From positions 6,696,001 through 6,760,000 of the forward strand of contig NC_135257.1 in NCBI RefSeq assembly GCF_964204865.1: a DNA stretch of 64,000 nt. Direction: 5' to 3'. A program made the position numbers and the translations under genes. The DNA is from Styela clava (lineage: Eukaryota). Position 1 is the stretch's first letter; the number at the start of each line of letters is the position of its first letter. Shown here in pieces: positions 38,014-50,634 of the stretch. The notes under the pieces were generated by a model, which saw only the letters and a list, made by a program, of their open reading frames with translations, made no database searches and was not told where the DNA came from.

Positions 38014-41000
38014 ATGCCCGCTGAAGAAAAAGATGGTGCAGCCGTTCAAACAGGTATGGCGTATATTTATGTTGTGTCTTACCTGGATCATGTTCAACCG
38101 TGTTTCTGTATGTGCAAATAGAAAATAAAGCAATATTCAGTATGTCACCCTGCACCCAGGGGGGGGGGGGGGACCCGACTTTTCTCTCTAGCAGTGTTTT
38201 TGAACCTTCGAACCGCTGCCGCGTGATTGGCACTTACTGTGTTGCTACATATATATTTACAGGTAGAAACAAACGTATTTTGGCGATTGGCTCCGCAATC
38301 ATCCTTGTTGCCGCAATTGGAACTTTGATCGTTGTTATCACAGGTTAGTATCTTAGAAAAAATTCTCATTCTTTGCCAAACTTCACGTTAATAGTATGGA
38401 GCAGCGTTTCCCAAACTTTTTCGGCCACGGAACACTTAGACTTTTTATCTCGCCTCACGGAACACCAGAAAATGGAAAGCTAAAATTGATAAAGAAAAAC
38501 GGTGTAATGTAGCGGTTCCCAATGGGTTCGCCGTGACGAGTTGCCAAATGCTCCGCGAAAACTAACAGAATTGTGTTAAACCGAAAATATATACTAATAC
38601 GGTTAAACATACCTGAAATATGATTGAATATTTTACATATTGCATTTATTATAAATTTTTTATTGTCTCCTAATTTAAATGCTGTGTATATGAATCAATA
38701 AATTCACCAATTCACAATTGTTTACCTATCTATGTCGTTTACTTTCCATCACGTAGTGCTTGCCTCCAATGTTACCTTTAATGGAGATAAAAGTACTTGC
38801 TGCAATTTCGCGAGCTGCAGTTTATTTATCTGCTGAATTGAATTTAGCGAACATGAGTAATTTTTCAGCATTTCATAGTAAAACCAGGCAGAGACGGACG
38901 GAGGAAGAAGAGTTGACCTTTTGCCTTTATTCTTTAGACCTACTTGTTTGCTTATAACAAAACCAAAAGGATTGCTGTAAACTTGGGGTTACCATATTTT
39001 TGTGACCTCAAAGCGGGACGCCTCTAAAGGCCATAGCTGTGTTTTTTTCATCTTCAAATTTACCGATTTTACATTAGGCACACATTTAAAACCATCCCGG
39101 CTGTCTTCATTGACTATATTGTCATCGAGAGTGCATGCGGTGTCTGTCTAAAAATAATCGGTTTCAATTCAATAAATAGAAAGGACTTTACGTTAAGCGC
39201 CCTTTTGGCGTCTGGGGCTCACGCGTAACAAATTGTAGCAATTAACCGCTAATAATGTTAGCGAAAAACAACGAAACAAACAAAACCACGCAACCACCAC
39301 CTTCAGTAAGTATGCTACCACCGGTACGCCACACGGCAACAACAGTATCGAGATTTTGGTAATGTTCATGTATCATGCTGACTAGGGGAACGCCAAAGCG
39401 GGACTTTTGGCTGACCGGTCGGGACGCCGGGACAAAACGTTAAAAAGTGGGACTGTCCCGCCTAAAACGGGACGTATGTTAAGTCTATGTAAACTTAACA
39501 GTCAAAAAGCTGCACCGACGGTCACGAATATGCCACTACTCTACCTCAGTTAGTCCGCTTTAGGCCGACGATAATACGATATTGAACGGTCAGTTTGGCG
39601 ACAACTTCACGATCCCTAGATCGCAATGACCATATTTTTGATTCCTTCTCCACGGAACACTCGAAAGACGCTCGCGGAACACAGTATGGGAAACGCTGGT
39701 ATAGAATATGGACTACTGCAAAGAATACTCTTGCACGATTATTCATCAAAACGCAGATCATAAGTATCAATTACTGATATACTAATTGCGTTGCTGCGAG
39801 TTATGTCGCTTGACAACATACTTTTTATTGATGTTCTTAAAGCGAGTGTAACTAACTTTTTCACAATGACGTATGTTCCTCGAACAAAACGATATTTTTG
39901 CCTGTCACTCAGCTAGATTTTCTCTTCTAATGGGTCACTTGGTAATAAGAATTCGAAAATAGATTTAATTTTGAACCCAGTTTTAAAATTCATTTTTCGT
40001 TATATTTCAGCGCCTACCAATGAGATCAAATCATGCCAAGCAATAAGGAAAGCGTCTGCTGAAGGTCGGGATTTCACCCTTGAATATGACGTGGCGGAAA
40101 TAAATGCGTGTGAAAGTAAGAACCAAGATTGTAAATTGAAATTATTTTGAGTCTTGACTATAATAATATATTATTTTCAGATTACGGTTGTACTTTCGAT
40201 GTATCTGCTTGCGACATTCCGTGCCCATTGGGTTTCGAAACAGATGATAACAGATGTGAAATAAGCTGCCGTTGTTCATCTGACTCAAAAGGAACGTTTC
40301 AGGGAGACATACAGTTTGATGACACCGAAGTTAACGGGCTGCTAGTAGTAAATATATTTCATTTGAATTGAAATGATGAAATTTGGTACTTGTGATCTCA
40401 TTTTAGATAAAGTCATAGAAAAAGTCACCTGGTATTCAATATTTCAGAGATATGGCTATGCTTCTCGTGAACAAACGTTTGCTGTTTTCTCGAGTTCTGT
40501 CAGAGAGTCAGCCATTTTGTGGGCAGAAAAAATAAATGACCGAATCAAGATCCCCTATACAATTGATGAAACGTTAGGTATGAGGATTTGCTATCTCTTT
40601 CCATTTCCAAAAGTGAATGGAGTTTCTATCAATTGAAAATATTTCAGGCGAAAGTAAACAAGCGATTCAAAAAGCTATTTCGGAATACAAAGAAAAGACT
40701 TGTATAGACTTTGTTCCCAGAAATTCGGAAGAAAATTATGTGACGTTTCAGTCAGGGGTTGGGTGTTGGTAAGAGGCTTGCTTATTCTATAGTAAACAGG
40801 ATTTTGATGAAATAGGATTTGAATTCGAACGAATTGGGAGTTGTGTGTTTCCGGTGTTCATTATCTAACAAGATCATCATATAGATTTACAGAGAAATAT
40901 AGTTCTAACCTTTTTATATCACTCGAACAGCGAAGAAGTATATAGAAAAGGAATTCTGTTTAATTGGTGAGTTGGAAAATACTTCAAAACGAATATATCA

Positions 41001-44000
41001 CAACGCACACATGAGTGTAAAGCAGAGTTGACATAGGGAGTAGCCAGTATCCTCGGTGATATAGAGACGCCTCACAATATGAAAAAATTCTCTTTCAATG
41101 AAAACGTATCTGATGTTTGCAAGACGGTGTTGACGACGCGTATATCAATAACCACTCAGCATCAGCATGGTTGCTTCAATTTTTAATCACTGGGATCGCT
41201 AACAAGTAGTTCTTTTTCACCCAAAGATGAAAAGTTTAATCAATATTTGTGTTTGACACAGACACACTAAATTTAAGTTTTCGTTGGGGCTTCAAGACTA
41301 TAAACTTGATACCAAATGATATGTCTATTATGTTCGCTTATCATTCGAGATTAAATTGTGCGTACGATTTACAATTAAAAATTGGACTTATCATGACACA
41401 TTTTAAAGATAGTTTCAGGATTAGTCCTTTCAATTACAGGTCAAGAGTTGGAATGATTGGTGGGCAACAAGATGTTGCAGTGGGGAAAAATTGTAAATCA
41501 GCCGGAATAATCATGCACGAACTAATGCATTCTATTGGGTTTGAACACGAGCATACAAGACCAGACAGAGACGCATTCATTACTATTGATATGAATAGAG
41601 TAGATCAGAGTACGTAAGTTTAATGTTGTTAATTTGTTTGGAATATACCGGTATTCAGAACACTCATAGAAATCCATGCGGAGCACGTTTGAAAATGCCT
41701 TAAGCAGAAATGTAGATTAACGAACCGCCTGTCAATGTTACTATTAAATTGATGAAACTCTTACACTACTATTATTTGGTCTCTCGTGGGATGTTGTCTT
41801 CAATATCTTGGCGTTTCTGCACTGCTTAATTTTGCAAATTTACTCTTTTTCGGTAAGGCGTCAACAATCCCCGGACCTTGAAAAGTGATTTTTCGCCGAA
41901 AATCGTAATCTTGTTGCAAAATTCCCAATGTTTCATTTCAAATTTAAAAGTTTTTTTTATTTTTACGGCGCAAGTATATCCCTTCTTTTTTTTGTAAATA
42001 GTTTGATGCAAAACTGTGACATTTTAATATATATGCTATAAAACGGATGCTATTTGCAGAGTATCTATTGAATTTTGCGAAGATATTAGACCCAGTGAAA
42101 AATCTTGGAAGACCATATGATATGGGTTCAGTGACACATTACGGAAGTAAAGCTTGGTCGATCAGTCCCGATGAATATTCATTTGTAAAAAAAGATGGCA
42201 CCCCAATCAAAGGTCAAAGGAAAAGCTTGAGTACAGAAGATGTGAAGGAGATAAATGCATTATATGAATGTGCTGGACATGGTGGCGGAGGAGGCAACAT
42301 TGAAGGAGTATCTGTTTTGACTGTGTCCGCTTCGAAAGAAGTCCCAGACGATATCGAAAATGATGAACAATTCGGTCAGCCGTACGATCCAGACGCACCT
42401 CCAGAAGGTATGATTTGATAGCATAGGATTCTTTTAAAATTGTTCTCACATCACATTATGCCTCTCCCGACCAAGGATAAAGAAAAATCTAAATTTTAAT
42501 GCAATTAGGTATTTTACATTTAGACGACATGAATGAAAACTTGTCATCAACAGAGTCAACTTCGACCGCTCAACAAACAGAAGGCGTCACAGTGTCTCCG
42601 TCATGTGAGTATGTATTTTCCTTTTCGTAGTTGAGAAGTTGGAAAAACAATATGTATTGCAATAATGCTCCTGGCTGCTACACTTCGTAAATATTATCAT
42701 TTTGACCAATATGATGTAAAGGCAACGTGATACGTCATTGGATCGCTATAGTACCGATCATTAGTCATGCATGATCCTCCACATGTTTGGGGACGTGGCA
42801 CAGCATAAATATATTAATCCGAATAGTTTATATTATTTCAATCAAGCATATAGTATCACATATTACACAAACCATATGCCTCGTATTTTATAGCTCAAGC
42901 AGTTTTTGCACCCCACGATGATGTATCATGGAGTGAATGGGTTACTTGGTCTGATTGTACACAAACTTGTGGAATAAGTGAAGCTTTACGATTTCGAAGT
43001 TGTATGGTATGCCTTTCCTTAAATGGATTTTTAACATAACCATAGCGAAACCCTATCTGATATCACTAAATCACAATCGATCCAGGCGGTCGTAATTTTT
43101 CGATATTGGTCTCTACCAATATGCAAATATGGCACATTGATATGAATATATTCCAAACATTATTATGACAATGCATATACATTCGTTTCATTCCAAGGTT
43201 AATATATAAATCAAAAGCATGACAATTATCGCGTTGCCAACAAAATTATGATCATGAATCAATTTAGCCGTTCAGATGTTTTTCACGTATTTCATCAGTA
43301 CTTCTAAATCAGTGATTTTGAATCATTTTCATTTACTGGAATAACTTACGAACCAATACTGTTACATTGGCACATACCTGGTGAGTAGTAAATTCGTTCT
43401 TTATGCTTATGATAAAGAGAGCAAGTGCCACAAACAATTTTGGCCCCAGTTTTTTAAAGTAGGCTGAATAGATGAATATTCGGTATAATTAGCGACCTTA
43501 TTTGAGTAATAATCTGCAGCAAAGGGATGGATTTTCTGGTTGGGGATGCGAGGGAGAATGGTATGATACGAGAAAATGTGAGAAGGATGCATGTCCTGGA
43601 AAATTTGGAGAATGGCAGCCATGGGAATCCTGGGAGTCTTGCAGTAGAACTTGTTCAATGGGTTACCAATGGCGGTGAGAATAACTTTATTTTGAATGTA
43701 TTGTTCGAAGCAAGATCGCAAACACTTACACAATGTCAACAATAAATGTAAAAACTACTGTAAAGCAAAGTAGCTTTTTAGTAATAGAATATTAATACCT
43801 ACCCAATGAAGACAAGTCGAAAATACGTCATAATTAAATGGCTAACAAGACATTAATAGTCAATAATTTGGCATGGAGCGTAAGAAAGTGATTGATGGTG
43901 GAAGTCGCATGGAGTCGGTGCTTACTTGCACCATCCCCCACTGGACAGTCTTACTATGGTCACCTCATATACGACCGAAAAGGCTGCAAAATGTCAATCG

Positions 44001-44216
44001 GAATGCCAGCAATGATTGACGTAAGATTGACTCTGGATAAACTGGTATGTCATATTTCCGCGCGACTACTGAACAATTCCACAAGATTAAATTAATCAAA
44101 TGTATCATTGTAGCTTAACTTTATAACATTATTTTAGAAATCGAAAATGCCCTGATGCTGAATTATGCGAAGGATTCGGTATAGATGGAAGGTATTGTCA
44201 AAATCCTGAATGCTGA
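38014..44216 (+). CDS. Astacin-family (M12A) zinc metalloprotease with N-terminal signal anchor, antistasin-like module and two TSP1 repeats
   Basis: Exons 38014-38053, 38263-38343 (TM), 40011-40115, 40181-40347 (CDIPCPLGFETDDNRCEISCRC, FQGDI), 40448-40577, 40648-40768 (TCIDF...GCW), 41440-41609 (HELMHSIGFEHEHTRPDRD), 42060-42407 (YDMGSVTHY), 42524-42604, 42894-43006 (WSEWVTWSDCTQTCG), 43520-43674 (WESWESCSRTC) and 44138-44216. Phases are consistent throughout. Confidence 0.9.
38402..39698. mobile_element. Non-autonomous hAT (Buster-type) element in astacin intron 2
   Basis: TIRs CAGCGTTTCCCA / TGGGAAACGCTG. Subterminal CACGGAACAC repeats. TSD GTATGGAG / GTATAGAA (6/8). Confidence 0.8.
38984..39487. 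mobile_element. Nested hAT (Blackjack-like) MITE
   Basis: Perfect 8-bp TSD TGTAAACT (38976-38983, 39488-39495). Degenerate ends TGGGGTTACCAT / ATGTTAAGTCTA. Many GGGAC subterminal motifs. Confidence 0.7.
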
Positions 44217-45243
44217 ACTTGAAATGAATTTTAGTCATATTATAGTTCAATATAAGTATATATTAAAGTTGTGAAATAATAAATTAACGAATTATCTATG
44301 TGTTTGACAAACAATTTTTTCGCCGAAATTTCAACTACATCATACATATAGTTGCTCCCCTAAGTGATTTTTCTGCTCGGGGTAATTTTCGAGTACGTAT
44401 TTAATTGCGAGAATGGAATACCAGCGTTTCACAACAGTTTGTGCTGAATTGATAAAGTAAGTGAGTTCGACTTCTGATTTTTATAGGGCCGAATTACTGC
44501 CTTATTGGTGGTAATATCGAAAGATTTCGGAGATGATCGCATCGCTTTTTAAATAAAATCGTGTGAAGACGCAGCAAAACTTTGAAGTCTTTTAATCTGC
44601 GGAGAGCATTTGACAGCCGATCCACTTTTGCTGGCGATTAAACGGTCGCGGCAAATGAACGGCTATTTTGCTAGTGATGTCATCAATCCCCATCCAAAGT
44701 AAATTCCTAAATTTGTCACGGGCTGGTACCTCCGAAAAGCCAGAGTGCGATCTGCGCGCGACCTACCTTAAGCTTTTTTCCTTAACAGCTAAAATATGCC
44801 GCATACCTCATGTGTATCCAAGTATAACCATGTACCAAATTCCATTGCATACTGTGGATGATTTATTTAGCGCCTTAAATACAATTTAAATTATAATACA
44901 GAGAAGTGCGTCGGTGCAAATTCGATATTACAAACAAATGTGTAATGAAAATGTAAAGTTGAAGAATAAAAACGCAATAATATCATGATCAAAACAGTAG
45001 GATTCGTAAACGACTTTCGCGCTGTAGTTGAGAGCTTTGTGCAAAAATGTGGAAATCATCGTGGAAAATAGTTGAATTCTACACCCTCCTAGAGGCAACT
45101 AAAATATACTGTTTATAATCAATATTTTTGAAATGATTCACCCGAAAGTTTTTTCACTTTCACATATGTTCGGTCACAAATTCACTGTGAAGTACACAGC
45201 TGTGGTAGAATTTGGACTCATTTCAACGAAAATTATTTGGTCG

Positions 45244-48200
45244 TTACGTCATCTCCATTACCTCGTACCCAACTGCAGTCACAGATTGCCCAGAGAATTT
45301 TCTGTTCCTGGACGTTTGATAAAATTTCCAGGTTTTATAAATCACTACTAAAATAATGTTATAAATAGTTTGCGATATTGAGTATAACAGTGGTATAGTA
45401 ATAACAGCCATGAACATATTCAAACGATTTCCATAAGTTAAAAAAACAACATTTGTCGAAAGACTTCCATTCTGTATTGACGTTTCAATTGCGATCGTTC
45501 GTCTTGCTTCCCGTGACAATTCAAGTCTCGGAATGAGAGAGATGCAGAATGAAATCACCATGCCGGCAATTGGTAGAACTGCTATTGGCTGTAGTAAAGC
45601 ATCAGTAAAATTTGATACAAACTAGTAAGCTTCTAATGATATTTATTTAATTTGCAACATAGAATTAAGCTCAAAGTTTACTGTAGTGGGGATTTCAAAT
45701 ACCAATCAAACACAACTGACCGAAAAATATTTACATCAACATTAGGCAGTTCGCCGAGTTGTCACCAACAATAAGAAACATGTTACGTAAGAAAAGATTC
45801 ATATGTAAAAATTGCGTTTTAAAAATGTGGCCTCAAAAATTATTAACTGCCGAATTCACCTCGGCCTTCTGCGGATAATAAAAATGGCGGTGCTTCGAAA
45901 TTTTCCTTCCCAATCGATTCGAATAATTTGCTACCCATCCCTAACGACGAGTTACCCTGGGATAGAACTGAAAATTCTGTTCCGAAACTAATATATTCTC
46001 AAGAGTAAAACATTATTAGACAAATCACACCCACGCAATCCGATATTGTCGTTATATATATAATAATAGAAATTAATTTACCAGTATAGTCTTCACCGAG
46101 AATACAATTGGAATGTCATTTCTTATCAACATCGCTGCAACAATTGCAACCAATAGAATAAATCCGAATATTGCACATCCCTGAGAAATAGGGGCGATAT
46201 AAGAAATAAATATAAAATCGGGAAAAATAAATACGCTTTGATAATATGTGTTATTATAGTCACCCCTACGTGAACATTTACGGCATTCATAAAAGTTGCC
46301 TTTTATATGTGAACAAGGTCTGCTTGGCTTTTATGAAATGATGAATTCAACAAAAATTTGTTGTTTTCTTAAATTCGTTCAATGATAATGATCAAATTCA
46401 ATGATAACAACAGCTCCACTAAGGTCAGTGAACCTGGCGATGCCTAAATAAATAAATATAGCTTTCTCGAGCAAGCTATAGTTTGAATTCTAAACGAGCT
46501 TAAGCAGGAGTAATAATGTCATATATATTTAATAGTTCAAGTATAACAAATACCATATCATCATAAAATACTGTCAATAAATTATTTGATTTTACTATAG
46601 TGTCATATCTGTAACGAAAAACTTTTCTACAGTAAAGATCAAATCTAAATTTCTCCAACATCGCTAAAAGATAGCACAATAATATCCAATCCAATTGTAG
46701 CAAGGCGACCATCCTGCTCACAAGTAATAACATGAATACCCAGCGAATAGAATAGTTATGTCGAAAATCGAACTGACCTTTGCTAGATATTTGGCTATTT
46801 TGACGAACTTGTATCGAAATAAGATTCCGGCAACAATTGGAATGATCAAACTTGCTAAAGTGATCCCTGGATTAACAAGAAAATTCTCAATTTTCATTAA
46901 TGCCTTTTTGGTGTGGCGTCGGAGAAAAAAACTAAGGCATTGACCAGCAGAGATGGCGATACTTTTTTACTGAATGGGGTCACACATTGCATTTTTATCA
47001 TGAAAAAATAACCCTCTGTATCTATAAAATCCGTGTGTGAAAACATGGATTTGCTTGAATATGAAAAACATAAAAGATATGGCAAATATTTCATGGTTCC
47101 ACTCAGAACTATATTTTCCGCTCGGACTCGACTATAGTAAAGTCACTACCATCTGTAGCCAAACTTTCATCACAGGTTTCTGCATATCGAGACCATTGAC
47201 CATTATAGTAGCCCACCTATTGTTATGCCTAACTAAAGACATGCCAACCTATATGGATGTCAACAGTATCCGATTTTAACATAATTCTATCATAATATAG
47301 AAATTTAATATCCATTCTACTAAACGTAAACAAGTTCCAGCAAAACGATGTTATTTTCTTATGCTTCAGTTTCTATTCCAGAAAACTATACACGAATAGT
47401 CTAAAACAGTGTTTCCCAACCCGAGTCCTCGGTCTCAAATGAGTCCGCAACGAGCCAGAAATTCACTGCGGGCCGCAAACGTTTTTGCGAAACTTAACCA
47501 TCAGCCACGGTTTACGTTAGAAATTACATAAAACATAAAAAAGCAAGTTTATCCATATAACATTAATCGAGTCAATAATTTCTGGATACTGAATGAGTAC
47601 GGCTTGGCATATATTCGAATATTCAACTATTAGAATAGCAATTTATTATTCGAAAATTTGGTAACAGGTGACGCGTCAGGTCACTTGCGCGTCGTTTAAT
47701 CAAACGATTGGATTTAGTCGTTGTTGTTCGAGGAATAATTTTTCTGGTAGGTGTCAATGGTGGCAACCTAAATTTTCTAAATTGAAAAGCGGCAATACAA
47801 AATACTGAAGATAATACTGAAAACACCATGAGTTTTTTAAAAACGCTTTTTTAGACATGTTGCAAATGCAAAATTTCGGGTGCTACCGTAGTATTCGTAT
47901 CAGGGCATTTCCCTCAGAATTCTTTGCTTTACTGCAGGGTCCGCAACCTATGGCCCGCGGAGCAATATAATCAGGCCCGCGACGTTTCTCTGAATTATAG
48001 TAACAAAACAGCTGTTTTTACGGTTATATTCTTTACGTGACAGAATTTATTTTGCGGCATGTTTAGACTAAATTATATCATAACCGAACAAGTATATAAT
48101 TCACAATTACTCGTTGAATGAGCCTATAAATTAATTATAATTAGGCATTCAATGGCAACAAAACGCAGAAAAGTTGAACGCTAAGTGCAATTGGTTCAAT

Positions 48201-50634
48201 ATTTAAATGGTCAGTTTTTGGGCGCTGCTTAAAATTCAATTTCTGATCTGTATGAAAAAATGTGATGCATTGGTCATACGTCAGGCTTTTACCTTTCCAA
48301 AAATATGCGCGGCCAATCAATGACTTGCAACCTTTAATTTTGGCCTGCAAGCGACTTGACTTCTGGCTTTACTGTTGCACAAACAGCTCATATTTGTCGA
48401 ATTCACAAAAATACGAATTAAAAAAAAATATAATCGGACACTTTACCCCGCATTTTTGTGTCCACGGATTGTCATGATATTTTCTGAATAGTATTGCTTT
48501 TATTTCGTCAACACAACCGCAGATTAAAATGATCACAAATAAATTAATATTAAAGCAAGGCGATGGATATTTTTTATTTTTATTTACCAATATACTAATT
48601 ATATTTTTAATAAGTACTGAATCAGGTTGTACAACGGCGATAATAAATTCGCAAGATCGCAAATAATTTATCTCAAAACTAAATATAACCGGGCAATATA
48701 TTCTCACATTATTATGTTCGCAAATTGCCGTGGCATTTAAAAGAATTAATGCTTTCGTCTTGTCATAACTCATAAGTCAACGCAACCGCGAATGACCATG
48801 AACACAATTAAATTAAAATAAGAACACATTTTAAATTTTTGTCGTTGTCAAGGATTGAATATTGTGTGACAGAAAAGGCCATTTATACACTAAATAAATC
48901 GGCCCTTTTAACATAGGCGTAATCTCCGAAATTTGGTAAAATTCTTTTGTGTTCGGTTTCATTACTTATTCGCACAGAGTACGGTTGCAATAAACTCACG
49001 TTGAGTCCGCAAAGGTTTTCGCCTACGAGAAAATAGTCCGCGACCAAAAAAGGTTGGGAAACGCTGGTCTAAAAGCTAATGGGTGATTATGCGTGTAACA
49101 TATACGGGGAACAGGATTCTCCCACACAACAGAAACTTGCCTATAGTGGCAACCATGAATAATAAAAATGCTTACCTAATGAACTGTACGGAATTTGAAT
49201 ATTTTCATCAACCTCTTCAATCCACGTGTATAAAAAGAGCCACATGGGGACTGTTCCAAGGGCAAACAAATTGCTCAAAGTTGTCAAGGCAACACTGAAA
49301 TATTTGTCATTGTGATACTATTTTTGAAATTTGATTCAATAATACTTTAGTATTCGATTTTGCAAATCTGTTATGTTTACATGCTTTGAAACTATATTAT
49401 TTACTCGTAACTAAATAGTTAACAAAAGTTGAAAGGAGTGTATGAATAAATCGCAATAATTATGAACATAATGATAACAGCAATGCATATTTCATTGAAT
49501 GAAATGTCTAAAGTCTAATTATACATCGCTGACTGGATGACAAATCTCTACCTATGAATCACCTAATATATATACACGTACATTCGCTGGTGATTTACGG
49601 ATAGCCATCATTACGAAATATGAGATATTTTTGCTATTTAATTTTGTCACTTCATTAATTTTCGGCAGTATTATCAACACAAAAAACACGAGTTTATCCT
49701 TGTAAGTCTCCAGCTAGGACTGCTTGCTCACCTTAGTGGCATATCTCCATCTACCATATATGCTAGAATATTACTGAAAGTCCCGCCAGGACTACAGCCT
49801 ACCACCATGAACGTGATTGCCTGTAATTCAGACATTGATGTCGCTTTTATCAATCCATACGCAATCACTGTAAAGAAATTAGTTTCGAGTTAATACGCAT
49901 TCGGTGATTTTCCATGAATGCGAGGCAGGAAATTCCCATTAGGCCTGAAATATGACTTTATGAGAATGTACTTCCTATGGACTCAAATCAAAACATACAC
50001 TGCTCGGGAAGTACAATGAAATTTTTGAAATTGACTTACTAGGCATCATCAAAATTTGACATCCGAGTCCAATAAGAATTCCAATGGGCCTTTTAAAATT
50101 GTCAATCAATTTTTCATGGTCCACCGCGCATCCCATTCCAAACATTACGAGTGCGAGAATACATCTGCAAAATGAGAGTAAGATAATGTGAACTATAAGC
50201 TCATAAATTCCACATTCGCATAGTACTATAATACAATTTATTGTACGCTGATTTTATAGTGGTGTTTTGGCAAGGAAACCAGGAGCCAGTCTATGCCTTG
50301 TGATATTGGCGGTTTCCAATACATACAACTATAAAGCAGCTTTGTGATTACGTCCAAGTAACATCGGTAACCAAAAAACATTGAATTGTGAAGTTTGTGA
50401 TATCTGTCGCGCCACATCGATTCGGTCCTTCTCAAAATTTCAGAATCATATGTGGCTGCTTGTTCAAAGCAGACGCGTGAAACACTAAACGCTAAAATAT
50501 AGTAAAGCGATTATCGTACTGAAACACACTCACGTCACAAGTATTTTGAACATTTCAATCTGGGGGTCAAATTCGTATCCCGCCGTTGTATTCCCGAATG
50601 TCGTTGCATTTCCTGCTGTAGTGGTAAATTCCAT
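45244..50634 (-). CDS. Sodium/bile acid cotransporter (SLC10A2/ASBT-like)
   Basis: Exons 50534-50634 (N-glycosylation sequons NAT, NTT), 50040-50164 (MFGMGCAV...KRPIGILIGLGCQ..MP), 49732-49867 (GCSPGGTFSNILAYMVDGDMPLS), 49176-49294, 46778-46866, 46082-46180 and 45244-45588 (RRTIAIETSIQN). Phases are consistent. Confidence 0.92.
47407..49066. mobile_element. Non-autonomous hAT (Buster-type) element, 1.66 kb, in an SLC10 intron
   Basis: TIRs CAGTGTTTCCCAACC / GGTTGGGAAACGCTG. Perfect TSD GTCTAAAA. GTCCGC subterminal repeats. A second hAT-like end (CAGGGTCCGCAACCTATGGCCCGCG) lies internally at about 47935. Confidence 0.93.

Noticed and set aside
38159-38172. G14 homopolymer in astacin intron 1
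   Set aside because: Simple repeat with length prone to sequencing error; no evidence of function.
43892-44047. Exon-like stretch ending in GTATGT in the last astacin intron
   Set aside because: The flanking exons already join in frame to complete the TSP1 repeat, and the peptide is unrecognisable.
48369-48773. 134-aa ORF
   Set aside because: Lies inside an AT-rich hAT MITE, is low complexity and has no transposase motifs.
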